From NCBI GenBank assembly GCA_038087875.1, contig CM075998.1, positions 6,822,001 through 6,886,000 of the forward strand: a stretch of DNA of 64,000 bases. Direction: 5' to 3'. Both the position numbers and the translations under genes were made by a program. Each line of letters opens with the position of its first letter. Positions within the stretch are counted from its first letter, which is position 1. Positions 38,226 to 51,405 of this stretch are shown one piece after another. The stretch comes from Malacoraja senta (lineage: Eukaryota). The notes under the pieces were generated by a model. The model was not told the DNA's origin, searched no databases, and saw nothing but the letters and a program-made list of their open reading frames with translations.

Positions 38226-39035
38226 TTGTCTCCATACAGTGAAGTCAAGAGATTATTGTCCCCTTTTTTTTATTATGTGGCCTTTTGTTCTTGTGTTCTA
38301 AAGGTTCTAGTGATGGGATATGTAGTGTATGAAAACGGGACATATTTTGAGCAAACTTACTCTTCACATAAGGACACAGAGCTGGGGTAACTCAGCAGGT
38401 CAAGCAGCATCTCTGGAGAACATAGATAGGTGATGTTTAAGCTTAAGACCCATCTTCAGACTCCTTCATCGCCTATCCATGTTCTTCAGAGATGCTGCCT
38501 GACCTGCTGAGTTACTCCAGCACTTTGTGTCCTTTTGTGCATTAACCAGCAACTGCACATCTTTGTTTCTACATTCTTACTCTTCACATGTTTGGTTGGA
38601 AAATTGAAATCAAAGACCAATGTCTGTTCTGGCCTGCAACGAGTTATGGTTATTATTTGACATTATGACTATTCTGCTCTGATCAGCAATTGCAGTAAGT
38701 AAATCTGACAAAAGCTGCAGTATTCAACACACACTGCTAAAAGCATTGCAGTCTGTCAGCTCCCCTGAACTGTGGAGCAGTAGTGATCCAATCATCCCAT
38801 TGCCAGTTTGAGAAAGGTTAGCATTCAGTTTGATTACTGTAATTAGACAAAACTTCAATAGTTAATCTCTTGAGTTGGGGAAACCAGATTATCTTGGACC
38901 AAATTAAATATCATTAAAGTTCAAAATAGACAAGAAAAAAAATGCATTTAAAGTACTAATTAAAGATTCTGCAGTGTATCACTTTTAAAATGTGTGTCGT
39001 ATTTGTACATTGGCAGAACCCATCTTGAAATTCAT

Positions 39036-39795
39036 GGTGGTGGGCGCCGGAGGAGGGAGGTGGCAGCCCTGCTGGCAGTCTGTATGTTTGTTCTTTCTTT
39101 TTGTTATTTTTTAGTGCGTTAAAAGTTTGTTTTTATGTTCTTCAGTTTGTTTTATGTGGGGGGAGGGGGGAAGGGGATCGGGGGAGGGGGGAAGGGGATC
39201 GGTGGAAACTTTTTTTTCAAGCTCTTACCTTCCTGGTGATGTGATCAATTTTCGGATCACATTCTCCGGGCTTTGCGGCCTACCATCGATAGAGCTGGAA
39301 GCCTCCTCGGACTGTCGTGAGCCCCACCGCGGGGCGCGGACTTAACATCGGAGCTGATCCCTTGCCTGGGATCGCTACCACCGCGGACTTACCATCAAGA
39401 GCTCGCAGTCGGGAGAGGCTAGTCGGGAGCTCCAACGTCGTGGAAGGTTCGACCCACCCCGACGCGAAGTTGGATCATCCAGCGCGGGGAAGCTGGTATC
39501 CTCCACGATGCGGGAGCAGATCGCCTCGACGCGGAGGGCCCGAACACCGCCGGCTACGGGAGTCAAGATCATCCCGTCAACGGAGGCTCGAGGCTCACGA
39601 CCGGGGAAGAACAAAAGGAAGAGACTTGAACTTTATTTCGCCTTCCATCACAGTGAGGAATGTGTAGGAGTCACTGTGGTGGATGTTTATGTTAAAATGT
39701 GTTTTCTGAGTCTGTTGCTTTTTAAAAAATTGTATGACTGACCTGGCCAGTGAATTTCACTACACCAATTGGTGTATGTGACAATAAATGAACTT
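39036..39795 (+). mobile_element. GC-rich SINE-like retroelement related to 218-850/5022-5115
   Basis: Shared 5' tggtgg..gcgcc start, internal motifs and 3' tgacaataaa end. Confidence 0.55.
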
Positions 39796-41159
39796 ATGGT
39801 GCTGAAATTTGAGCCAATTGTAAAACAATTTCATTCATGAGTGGAATAGGGAACTGTAGCAACCATTATCAAGTAGGTTAAGGGGAGACCTTAGAGGTTT
39901 ATAAATGCATGAGGGGTATAGAGAGGATATCTGGACTCTTTCCACAGGGCAGGGGAGTCGAGAAATAGATGACACAGGTTTAAGGTTAGAGGGAGAAATT
40001 TAAAGGAGATCTGAGGGGTAATTTTTTCACACAAAGCATGATGAATGTCTAGAGCCATGCTGCCAGCGGAGGTGGTAGAGGTGCGTACAATTACAATGTT
40101 CAAAAGGCCTTTGAACAGGTACTTGGATAGGAAAGGTAAGGGATGTGGGTTTAATGCAGGCAAATGAAGATTAGCATTAGAATATCACATTCAGCATGGA
40201 TGAGGTGGGCTTTGTACCAGTTTCTGTGCAGTACAACTCTATGATTTTATTAAAAGGTGCAGATGATTTTTCTGATGCGGGTTGTGTGAAATTCCTACAG
40301 TTTGGGTATGTCATTCTCTGTTGTACCCAACATGGTTTGGGGAATGCATGGGGGAAGTGGGTTTTCACAGCAGCACAGAAAAGTGGGGAGGGGGAAGGAT
40401 TAAGTTTAGGGAGGGTGAAGGATGGTTAGCAATTGGGGAGTGACCTTGAATTGGTTTGATTCTGGGGAAAGGGGGAAGTCGGTGAATGAAGTTGAAAAAG
40501 GAAACTGAGGGGTTTAAGGAATGGGAGAAACTGAAGGATCAGGGTTGGAGGGTGGACAAGAAAGAGGTGTTTGTGTCCATATCATCTGTAAGTGTTTGTA
40601 CTTTCATGTATTTGTGTGTACATGCACAAAAGCTGTCCTGCTTGCTTTGAGACCAATACCTCATTCTGCCAATGTGGTCTAAAACAGCCACTCTGTATTA
40701 AAGAATTCATGTGCAGATATCTTTCAACTTCTCAGAACTGGAGTGCCAACAATTCATCTTTAATCAAAAGGAACTACCAAAAAAAAGAGATATTGGAAGT
40801 ATTGAAAAATCTTACACTCAGGTCTCCCACGACATATTGAGGTCATGGTGTGGTGTTGTCTCTAACTCGGTCTGCAGTATGTGCTAGAATTTGCTCTTTG
40901 TTACTTCTTCACTGACATTAGCACTGAATCGGGGTGACGTTGCTGTGTCCCTTTCATGCTGACTCGTACGTCTGCTACTTTCATTTTAAAAGAGGTTTTC
41001 GAAACAGAGTTAGAGATTGCAAATTCCATTTTATTGCATACAATGCACATGTCTAGCAAATTTCCACCCAGTTATCCATAAAAACACCTTATTTGGACAA
41101 CATAAATTAATCATCATTTGTAACCTCTGTGCCTCTGACATGTACCATTTCTCTCCTAG

Positions 41160-41229
41160 AAGAGTGGGTGCGGCCAATAATGAAGAGGGAGAAGCAGGTC
41201 CTACTACACTGGGGATATTGCCCCGACAG
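41160..41229 (+). CDS. SMARCC2: SMARCC2 exon 7, 70 nt (chromodomain)
   Basis: ctcctag|(E)[22 protein letters not shown](S)|gtatgt. Confidence 0.96.
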
Positions 41230-41509
41230 GTATGTATCTGCACTTTAATTTGTGTCCGATTTTAACAGTCACATCTTTTACACATACCATGTATATTAAA
41301 AAAGTATATATCAGCTGCATGGATCAGAGATTAGATGAGTTAAAACAGCATCAAACTAAAATTTGAGTTCTTAATCAAGCTTATATTCCAGGACTCATGT
41401 ATTGACTGGGGTAGTGTTCATTAGATGATGTGTTAAATCTAGATCCTATCTGTTTACTCGTATGCCCAATACTATAATGAGATATGAGCAACTAATTCTT
41501 TATTCTGGA

Positions 41510-42490
41510 AGGTTGAGATGCGTAGTCATGAGTGCAGAGGAAGTGTAGCAAGGGGCTGAGGATACATCCTTGCAAGGCACTAATGTTGAAAATTTTCAGG
41601 TGGATGTTTAGTCGCCTGTCCTTACTGATCGCGGTCTGTATGTCAGGAAGTCAAGGATCCAATTGCAGAGTCTGACATGGGCGTCCTTGTTATCCAGATG
41701 TTCTAGAGATGAGTTTCGGGCCAGGGAGATGGAATCTGACGTTGTTCGGTTGTGATAGGAGGTGGATTTCAGTAGATCAAGACTGCCTGGGAGGCTGGAG
41801 ATAATGTATGATATGACTAGACTTAAATCACTTCATGATGGTGGATTCCAGAGCCACTGGACTGTAGTCATTAAGGCACGTCAGCTAGTCTTTCTTTGGC
41901 ACTTTGATGATAGTGGTCCTAAAGCATGTGAGAACCACAAATTAGTGTAGGGAGGGGTTAAAGATGTCTGCAAATACTCCTGTCACCTCGTCCGTTCAGG
42001 CTCTGAAGATGCGGCCAGGAACTCGATCTGGTCCATTCGCTTCCACGGGTTATCTCTCAGGAAGGCTGATCTGACATCTGCAATGGTGACCATGGGTACA
42101 GTTACACTTAAGGCTGTTGGGGCCATTGACGTCAATTCGTTGACCTTCTATTCAAAATGATCATAGAATTTGTAGAGTAGGCCCATTCCTTCTCTCCAGA
42201 GATGCTGCCTGTCCTGCTGAGTTACTCCAGCCTTTTGTTTCTATCTGTAGAATGTATTGATCTGGTCAGGGAGCGATGCGTCGATGCCAGTGATATTGCC
42301 GGACTTTGCTTTGTAACCCATTATAGCATGCAAGCTATAATTGATGGGTGTTAAAGTGGTTATTAGGATGGTCTAGCTTGGCTTGGTATTATCTCTTGGC
42401 ATTCTCGATGGCTATGTGAAGGCTGTGTCTAGATTTTGTGTAGAGGTCGGGATCATCCAACTTCAACACCATAGACTTCTAGTTTCTTTC
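41510..42490 (-). mobile_element. Old Rex1/Babar-type LINE fragments
   Basis: Degenerate similarity to the RT region at 62340-63500 (ggggctgaggatacatccttg.., tcaaggatccaattgcagag, gccactggactgtagtcatt). Confidence 0.5.
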
Positions 42491-43121
42491 AATATGCACG
42501 CCGCCATATGAGGACCAAAGTTGTGCCAATTAAAGTCAAAGAAGCCATTATGAGACTGAGAAACAAGCATAAAACTGTTAGAGACATCAGCCAAACCTTA
42601 GGCCTGCCAAAATCAACTGTTTGGAACATCATTAACAAGAAAGAGATCACTGGTGAGCTTACTAATCGCAAAGGGACTGGAAGGCCAAGGAAGACCTCCA
42701 CAGCTGATGACAGAAGAATTCTCTCTATAATTAAAAAAAATCCCCAAACACCTGTCCGACAGATCAGAAACACTCTTCAGGAGTCAGGTGTGGATTTGTC
42801 AATGACCACTGTCCACAGAAGACTTCATGAACAGAAATACAGAGGCTACACTGCAAGATACAAACCGCTGGTTAGTTGCAAAAATAGGATGGCCGGGTTA
42901 CAGTTTGCCAAGAAGTACTTAAAAGAGCAACAACAGTTCTGCAAAAAGGTCTTGCAGACAGATGAGACGAAGATTAACTTATATCAGAGTGATGGCAAGA
43001 GCAACGTATGGAGGAGAGAAGGAACTGCCCAAGATCCAAAGCATACCACCTCATCTGTGAAACACGGTGGTGGAGGTGTTATAGCCTGGGCATGTATAGC
43101 TGCTGAAGATACTGGCTCACT

Positions 43122-46100
43122 TGTAATGAGTCGAGTCGTACACACGTCAAAATTCAACACATGTTTATTAAAGTTCACTTACAGCGTTGGACTGCAGGAC
43201 ATTACAGTGACTAGCAGCTACTCAGACTGAATTACGTAGGCAAGCTCTTGGTAATATAAACCACATATTAGGCGGAGCAACTACTAACAAGCACTACAAT
43301 TGGTTAATAGGAAATAACCAATCTACATCCTTGTAGAAACAAAATAAAGCATAGAAACATGGTGGCTAAACAATACAGTAGCCGAAACGCTAATAACGCA
43401 TATGGGGAAGTATAGGTGGTTACACAAAATCACCGTATCTAATGGATGGCCTGCTGATCCGGCACGTGCGTGCGGTACGAATCCGCATCTCCTCCTTTCA
43501 CCGGTGAAGTGACTGAGGAGGGAACCGGGGAACCCGCCGGGTGGAGGTGGTGAAATAGACGAGCTAGGCGCTGAACGTCATCAGAAGACCGCGGGGGACA
43601 CAGTCTCTGATAGTTGGAGCAGCCGGCCCGGTAGTGGGAGGGTACACAAAACGCGAAACCTCTGGATACGGAGTCGCAGGACGCGGTTCCTTGACTGGAA
43701 GGAGATGTTGACGGTTGCGTCTGTAAATGGGCCCCGTCCGTGCTAACCAGGTAAGAGTGCGGTTCTTTGGCAGGGCTGTGGATGTGACCCAGATGGGCCC
43801 TTGTTGGTCTGGAGGCGAACAACCTGTCCGCTGGAGAGAGGTTGAAGTGGCTTACTGGACTTGTCAAAAAAACGTTTTTGTGCTTGAACTGTAGTTGTTT
43901 CTGGACTGCAGGCGGAGAATGAACCTATGGCTGCAAAAGCTGCTGGGGTACAGGCAGGGCAGCACGGGTTTGGCGAGACATCAGTCGTTATGCTGGGGAA
44001 CCCAGTATGGGATCCCTGGCAATGTTCCTTAAATTGAGCAGGTCCAGGTAGACGTCAGATTTGACAAGGTAAGAACGCTCCATTAGTTGTTTTGCGCTTC
44101 GGACGGCTCGTTCGGCGAGGTCCGTTGGACTGTGGAAACTCAGGGCTGCTGGTGATGTGTCGAAAGTCCCATCGTTGTGCAAAGTTTTTGAAAAGCTCGC
44201 TGGTGAACTGACTGCCGTTGTCAGATAGACGGCGTGCAGGGGAGCCGTGTACGGAGAACTGGCGTTGCAACTTCTGGATAACTGCTTCAGATGTGATGGT
44301 TTGGAGTAGATCGATGTCAAACCAGCCCGAATATGAGTCGATGAGAACCAGATAGTGTTTCCCATGCCATTTGAATATGTCGGTGGCTACCGTGGGCCTT
44401 GGTAGAGGAGGAACCGGGTGCGGCAGTAAGGGCTGCTTCTGCTGGTGTGGCATCAGGCTTTTGCAGATGGCACAGACTTCAGTTTTGTCACGTATGTACT
44501 TGTTCATACCAGGCCAGTAAAACATGCTCTGCGCCCATTGTAAGGTTGCCTCTACGCCGGGGTGGCCCCTGTGGACGGTGTCGTTGTACTTGTCCCGGAG
44601 GACGGCTGGGACAACTGCTTTGTGACCCTTGACTATAATCCCGTCCTGTAACACCAGTTCATCGCGAACCAGGAAGTATGGACGGATCGTGAGCGGGGTG
44701 CTGTGTTGTTTATCCGGCCAGCCAAGCCTGATGACTGCAGACAGCAATTGTAAAGTCTCGTCAGCAGCCGTGTGCTCTGCAGGCTGCTTAGGCAATCAGT
44801 GGGAACATACGATACCTTCATTACTGAGAACTGGTCCTGTTCAGAGAGTTGTTGTTCGCTGGTTTTGCGTGGGGCCCGTGTCAGCTATGTGCATGTCCTT
44901 GCCTTTTTTGCAGACAATGTTGAAATCAAACCGCTGCAGCTGCATCATCATCCGTTGCAGGCGAGCCGGAGCAGCGTGAATGGGTTTATTCAAGATAATC
45001 ACAGACTTCCCAAAAATAAAGTCTTTGAATTTCGTGCAGGCGAAAACCACTGCGAGCAATTCTTTTTCAATTTGGCGTAACGTTGTTCAGTATCAGTCAG
45101 TGTGCGAGAGGCATATGAAACAGGCTTGCAGTCGCCATCGGCAGCGATCTGCAGGCAAGCAGCGCCAAGTCCGTACTGGGATGCATCACTTGAGAGCGTT
45201 ACTGGTAACTGAAGCGAAACAAGCGAGGGTAGGTGCGCTGGCCAGCTGCAACTTGAGGATATCAAAAGGTCTTTGGTGCTGTGGATACCAGGACCATGCA
45301 GCGTCTTTGTGTGTCAGTTCCGCAGGCAGATATGTCGCTGAGGTTGGGAATAAATTTCCCCAGGTAGTTGACCATTCCAAGGAACCTTTGTAAACTCGTA
45401 ACGTCAGTAGGAACTGCCATTTCGTTGATAGGAATAGTTTTTGATGGGTCAAGACCATCACTTGTGAAAACATGTCCGACGTAGGTAACCTCTGGGACTC
45501 GAAATTTGCACTTCAGGGGATTGAGTTTGAGCTGAATGTCTTTGGCACGGTCCAGCACTTTCTTCAGATTAGTGTCATGCTCAGCCAAGTCGCGCCCGCA
45601 AACGAGAATGTCATCAACAATGATGGCGCATGGATACCCTGCAAACAGTTGTTCCATCGTGCGCTGGAAAACCTCGCTGGCAGAGTTGATGCCAAAGGGC
45701 ATTCTCAGGAATTTGTAACGGCCAAAGGGGGTGTCGAACGCAGTAAGGTTGGACGAGTCTGGGTCCAGCGGAATCTGCCAAAACTAGCTTTTGGCATCCA
45801 GAACGGAGAACACTGATGCGTTGCCTATTTGAGCAGCAACTTCCTCTACCGTTTGCATAGAGTAGTGTGGGCGTTTGATAGCTGTGTTGAGATCCCTGGT
45901 GTTGATGCAAATACGGATTTCTTCCTTGTTTTTCTTCGTTGCAACCACCATGGTGGAAACCCAGTTAGATGGGTCAGTAATTTCAGCAATGACACCCATG
46001 GAGACCATCCGCTTTACTTCATTGTGTACTCTGTCACGCATGGCATGCGGAACACGATGTGGTGCTCGAACCACAGGAGTGACTGGGATCCACGGCGATG

Positions 46101-47721
46101 TGGTACTTGAGGGGCAACTTGCCCAGCTCACCGTTAAATAGTTCTCTGTGTTGAGAGTGTATTTGCTGAGTGGTGCCCTCAGTGAGAAAGAGTTGATGGA
46201 CAGCGCGGCCAAAGTATACTAGGCCTAGATCGTGGCATTGATACCAAGCAGAGTTTCATAATCCCCCTTGACGATATAAAACTTTAGGGTATGAGACTGC
46301 GAGTCTATGATGCAGTTCAAATCAGTCTGTCCAAGCGGGTGTAGAACATCTCCCCCGTAGGCCCGAAGTGTGGGCGAGGCATTTTGAAGCATCACATATT
46401 TTGTTAAACTCAAATAACGAGATGACATTGCATTTCGCGCCCGTATCAATCTTTGCGATCACAGGCTTGTTATTCACAAACATGGTTACCTCAGGGTCAA
46501 GTTGCTCGTTAGAGGAAGGGTGGAGAGAGTGGATGGCTGAACTGTTATCTTCACTTTCAGAGAGCTGAGCGGAGAATGGCACCTCAGGCTCTCGGCTTTC
46601 GTTATCAGCAAGCTCATGTTGTAACAGGTGCAGACTCGGCCTTGAGACGGATTGAGTCACACGGGAACGGCAGCATTTTGCAAAGTGGTTGAGTTTCTTG
46701 CAGAAATTGCAAATTTTACCATAAGCTATACAGAACTCCCGACCTGAGAATTGTTACAATTAGGACATCGGGCAGCAGACCTTCTCTGCTGCCAGGGCGG
46801 GGATGGCTGCGGACGCCTGTTACGACAGGAGGTATCCGTCAGCTTGACACTATACTGGGAACGCTGGCCAGAGATCACAGACTGTGTGAGAAGCCGTTAT
46901 CTCAGCAATCCGACAGGCGTGTTCGCTAGATTTAGAGTTAGTTCAGTGTTACGAATCAATTCATCTCTTAACTTGTCATTAAGCATACCTCCAAGGAGCT
47001 TGTCGCGGATCTGTTCATCGCATAAATCTCGAAATTGACAGCGTGCAGCCATGTGTTTAAGGCCGCTAATAAAACATTCTATCAGCTCGCCAATTTGTTG
47101 CATACGAGCATAAAACTTGGTACGTTCGATAATGTAGTTCGAGGGGAGGTCACACAACTGTCTTTGCAAGTAGGACAACAGGGTCATCAATCGTTACTGC
47201 AGGCACTATGATCTATCCATTTGCGTCTAAAACAGCAGGGTCAAATGTAAAACGGTCCGCACGTTTCATTGCCTCAGGACTAGCCAGGTTGAGTAACACA
47301 GAAGCATGTACATCTGGAGGATCGTTGCGATGAACAATGCGAACATAGTGAGTGTAGTCACGCTCGAAAAGGCGTCAGCGTTCAGCAATGTCAGAGTCAA
47401 AGATCAGAGGACTAGGATGGCGAGACGAGTTTGCCATGATAGGGATAACAGGCACATAAAACAAATATAAAAAACAAAACCCGATAAACATGAACGGATC
47501 CCACTTCTGACACCATGTAATGAGTCGAGTCGTACACACGTCAAGATACAACACATGTTTATTAAAGTTAACTTACAGCGTTGGACTGCAGGACATTACA
47601 GTGACTAGCAGCTATTCAGACTGAATTACGTAGGCAAGCTCTTGGTAATATAAATCGCCTATTAGGTGGAGCAACTACTAACAAGCACTACAATTGGTTA
47701 GTAGGAAATAACCAATCTACA
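43122..47721 (-). mobile_element. Full-length Ty3/Gypsy (Mag-like) LTR retrotransposon, frameshifted gag-pol
   Basis: 206-bp TG..CA LTRs at 43122-43327 and 47516-47721, 5-bp TSD TCACT. Domains in order: gag with CNFCKKLNHFAKCC knuckle, protease IDTGA, RT IVDD, RNase H SDAS, integrase HHCC + DNG. Confidence 0.95.
47498..47515 (-). other. Primer binding site complementary to the tRNA-Leu 3' end
   Basis: TGGTGTCAGAAGTGGGAT immediately inside the 5' LTR. Confidence 0.85.
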
Positions 47722-49114
47722 TCACTTATCTTCATTGATGATACAACTGCTGATGGTAGTAGCATAATGAATTCTGAAGTGTATAGACACATCCTATCTG
47801 CTCAAGTTCAAACAAATGCCTCAAAACACATTGGCCAGCGGTTCATTCTACAGCACGACAATGATCCCAAACATACTGCTAAAGCAACAAAGGAGTTTTT
47901 CAAAGCTAAAAAATTGTAAATTCTTGAGTGGCCAAGTCAATCACCCGATCTGAACCCAACTGAGCATGCCTTTTATATGCTGAAGAGAAAACTGAAGGGG
48001 ACTAGCCCCCTAAACAAGCATGAGCTAAAGATGGCTGCAATACAGGCCTGGCAGAGCATCACCAGAGAAGACACCCAGCAACTGTTGATGTCAATGAATC
48101 GTAGACTTCAAGCAGTCATTGCATGTAAAGGATATGCAACAAAACACTAAACATAACTACTTTCATTCACATGGCATTGCCGTGTCCCAAACGTTATTGT
48201 GCCCTGAAATTGGGGGGGGGGGGGGGGCTATGTATAAACACTGCTGTAATTTCTACATGGTGAAACCAAAATGTATAAAAATGGCCTTTATTAAAATCTG
48301 ACAATGTGCACTTTAACCACATGTGATTTTTTTTCTATCTCAAATCTCAAATTGTGGAGTACAGAGGCAAATATATAAATGATGGGTCTTTGTCCCAAAC
48401 ATTATCGAGGGCATTGTAATTATGGAATAGTATGCACAGAAAAATTCTTGCATCTCCTGCAAGAAAGTATGAATTTCCAGTTATTTTGCAGCAATGGTAT
48501 CTGATATACCAATTGACTAATTTTCACAGTTTACACTGGGAAAGGCTGCAAAACAATGCATACTGAAGATTTTCAGGAAATCACTCACAGCAGCTTTTGG
48601 ATTTACAATTTTAAAACAAAATATGCAACTCCAAAAGTTGCTATTGGATTTTCTCCCGTTATAATTGAGCTTGTGAATAACCTTTTTTTCGCTGCAATTC
48701 TCAGGTATAATTGAGTTTGTGAATAATCTTTTTTCACTGCAATTTGCAGGTTATTATGTTTAAAATGCTTCAATTATCAAATGAATCACTAAACCTTGTG
48801 CTGTAAAATTTGACAGACTTTGTCACTTTTTTAAAGTGATTTACTCAAGTTTATATTTGGACTAGATTTAAAGTTTCAACAAGTAACACTTGTTAATATA
48901 GTTTTCTGGTGATTGTATATTAATCAGAGTAGTCAAATGTTATGAGAAGTAAAATGGAGGCTGGAATGAAATGTATTAACACATTTTTGTTAACAAGTAA
49001 TGGTGAAGAGGAGTATTGTTGTATTTATCATTACTGTATGTGCTCTGTTTGCTGTGTAACTTCATGTGAGCAAGTAATTTCATTGCACCCTAGTGTATAT
49101 GACATGTGAATGTC

Positions 49115-50440
49115 AACCTAATGGAGCTATTATTGGTCAAAGTCAGCACGGATTTATGATGGGGAAATCCTGCTTGACTAATCTTCTGGAATTTTTTGAG
49201 GATGTGACAAGTAAAATGGATGAAGGAGAGCCAGTGGATGTATTGTATCTGGACTTTCAGAAAGCCTTTGATAAGGTCCCACACAGGAGATTAGTGGGCA
49301 AAATTAGAGCACATGGTATTGGGGGTAGGGTATTGACATCAATAGAGAATTGGTTGGCAGACAGGAAACAAAGAGTAGGAATAAATGGGTCCCTGTCACA
49401 ATGGCAGGCAGTGGCGAGTGGAGTGCGGCAAGGCTCGGTGCTGGGGCCGCAACTATTTACAATATATATATTAATGATTTAGATGATGGGATTAAAAGTA
49501 ACACTAGCAAATTTGCAGATGACACAAACCTGGGTGGCAGTGTGAACTGCGAAGAGGATGCTAGGAGGTTACAGGGTGACATGGACAGGTTGAGTGAGTG
49601 GGCAGATGTATGGCAGATGCAGTATAATGTAGATAAATGTGAGGTTATCCACTTTGGCAGCAAGAACAAGGGGGAAGATTATTACCACAATGGTGTCAGG
49701 TTAGGACAAAAGGGAAGTGCAACGNNNNNNNNNNNNNNNNNNNNNNNNNNNNNNNNNNNNNNNNNNNNNNNNNNNNNNNNNNNNNNNNNNNNNNNNNNNN
49801 NNNNNNNNNNNNNNNNNNNNNNNNNNNNNNNNNNNNNNNNNNNNNNNNNNNNNNNNNNNNNNNNNNNNNNNNNNNNNNNNNNNNNNNNNNNNNNNNNNNN
49901 NNNNNNNNNNNNNNNNNNNNNNNNCTCCTAATTTGATGAAGGACATCCTTGCTATTGAGGCAGTGCAGCGTCGCTTCACGAGGTTAATCCCTGGGATGGC
50001 GGGACTGTCATATGAGGAAAGACTGGGCTTGTATTCACTGGAATTTAGAAGGATGAGAGGGGATCTTATAGAAACATATAAAATTATAAAACGACTGGAC
50101 AAGCTAGATGCAGGAAATATATTCCCAATGTTGGGGGAGTCCAGAACCAGGGGCTACAATCTAAGAATAAAATGGAGGCCATTTAAAACTGTGATGAGAA
50201 AAAACTTTTTCACCCAGAGAGTTGTGAATTTGTGGAATTCTCTGCCACAGAAGGCGGTGAAGGCCAATTCACCGGATGCATTTAAAAGAGAGTTTGATAG
50301 AGATCTTGAGGCTAGCGGAATCAAGGGGTATGGAGCAGACAAGGGTTACTGATTGTAGATGATCAGCCATAATCACGATGAATGGTGGTGCTGGCTCGAA
50401 GGGCCGAATGGCCTCCTGCACCTATTGTCTATGTTTCTAT
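49115..50440 (+). mobile_element. CR1 LINE 3' portion spanning the assembly gap
   Basis: SQHGF..DFQKAFDKVPH..KFADD..[N]..PNLMKDIL..LWNSLP, with a ctatgtttctat tail ending ~70 nt before exon 8. Confidence 0.9.
49725..49924. other. Assembly gap (200 N)
   Basis: Run of N. Confidence 1.
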
Positions 50441-50513
50441 ATTATGAGGAATTCTGAAGTGACAATATCAGGGATTTTTATGACATTGAAGTTCTTTTAT
50501 TGTGTACCTCCAG

Positions 50514-50589
50514 TTACGATACATGGATTCCAGCCAGTGAAATTGAGGCACCAGTTGAGGACCCTCCACCAACTGAACGTCCCCGGAAG
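50514..50589 (+). CDS. SMARCC2: SMARCC2 exon 8, 76 nt
   Basis: cctccag|(S)[25 protein letters not shown]|gtttgc. Confidence 0.95.
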
Positions 50590-51055
50590 GTTTGCAGATC
50601 TATAACTGCTGATATGTCAAAATACATAAATTTGAATTATTTTTTTCAAGGAGAATTCAGAAGACTTGTCACGGTTTTTACCACAGTTCTATTGCTATGG
50701 TCCGTGCATTTATGTGGATAATCTAATTCAACCACTAATTGTTGATCCCCCCCCCCCCCCAAACAAGTTATTGACAATGGGAGACATTGAGAAACACAAA
50801 TTTTGTAAATATAAATGGCCGTAGAAGAGCTGCCGGGTGACTGGAGGACAAAAAACGTGGTACATTTGTTCAAGAAAGGTGGCAAGGATAAGCCAAGTAA
50901 TTGCTGGCCAGTGAGTCTAACATCACTGATAGAGACATTAATGGAAAAACACTCGGAGGGAAAGGATTAATCTGTACTTGGAGAGAAAGGATTGACAAGG
51001 TTAACAAGGATAGTAAGCATGAAAGGGGAGGGTTAGGGTCTCCTGTGTGATTAGT

Positions 51056-51405
51056 AGTGGAGCGCAGGTTCACTTGCACCTTCTCCAACCTCATCTACTG
51101 TATCCGTTGTTCAAGGTGTGGACCCTTGTTCATCGGCGAGACCAAACGTAGACTGGGCGATTGTTTTGCTGAACACGTCCCACCTAGGCCACAACTAACA
51201 ATGCCCTGTTTTCTTCATCATCGTTACTTTCTTGCATATCTTTCATTCATTTGTTCTATATCCCTCTACATCACCATCTATATCTCTCGTTTCCCTTTCC
51301 CCTGACTCTCAGTCTGAAGAAGGGGCGTGACCCGAAACGTCGCCTATTCCTTTTCTCCAGCAATGCTGTCTAACCCGCTGAGTTACTCCAGCTTTTTGTG
51401 TCTTA
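51056..51405 (+). mobile_element. Penelope-like element fragment (GIY-YIG endonuclease + terminal repeat)
   Basis: FTCTFSNLIYCIRCSRCGPLFIGETKRRLGDCFAEH, followed by the ctgaagaagg..cccgaaacgtc terminal motif. Confidence 0.8.

Larger units (their letters stand above)
42505..48416 (+). mobile_element. Tc1 copy (same family as 28456-30090), left TIR missing, split by a Gypsy insertion
   Basis: ORF 42508-43230 MRTKVVPIKVKEA..DETK. The transposase resumes at 47722 (..HDNDPKH..SPDLNPTE) and the right TIR ends at 48416 followed by TA. Confidence 0.93.
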
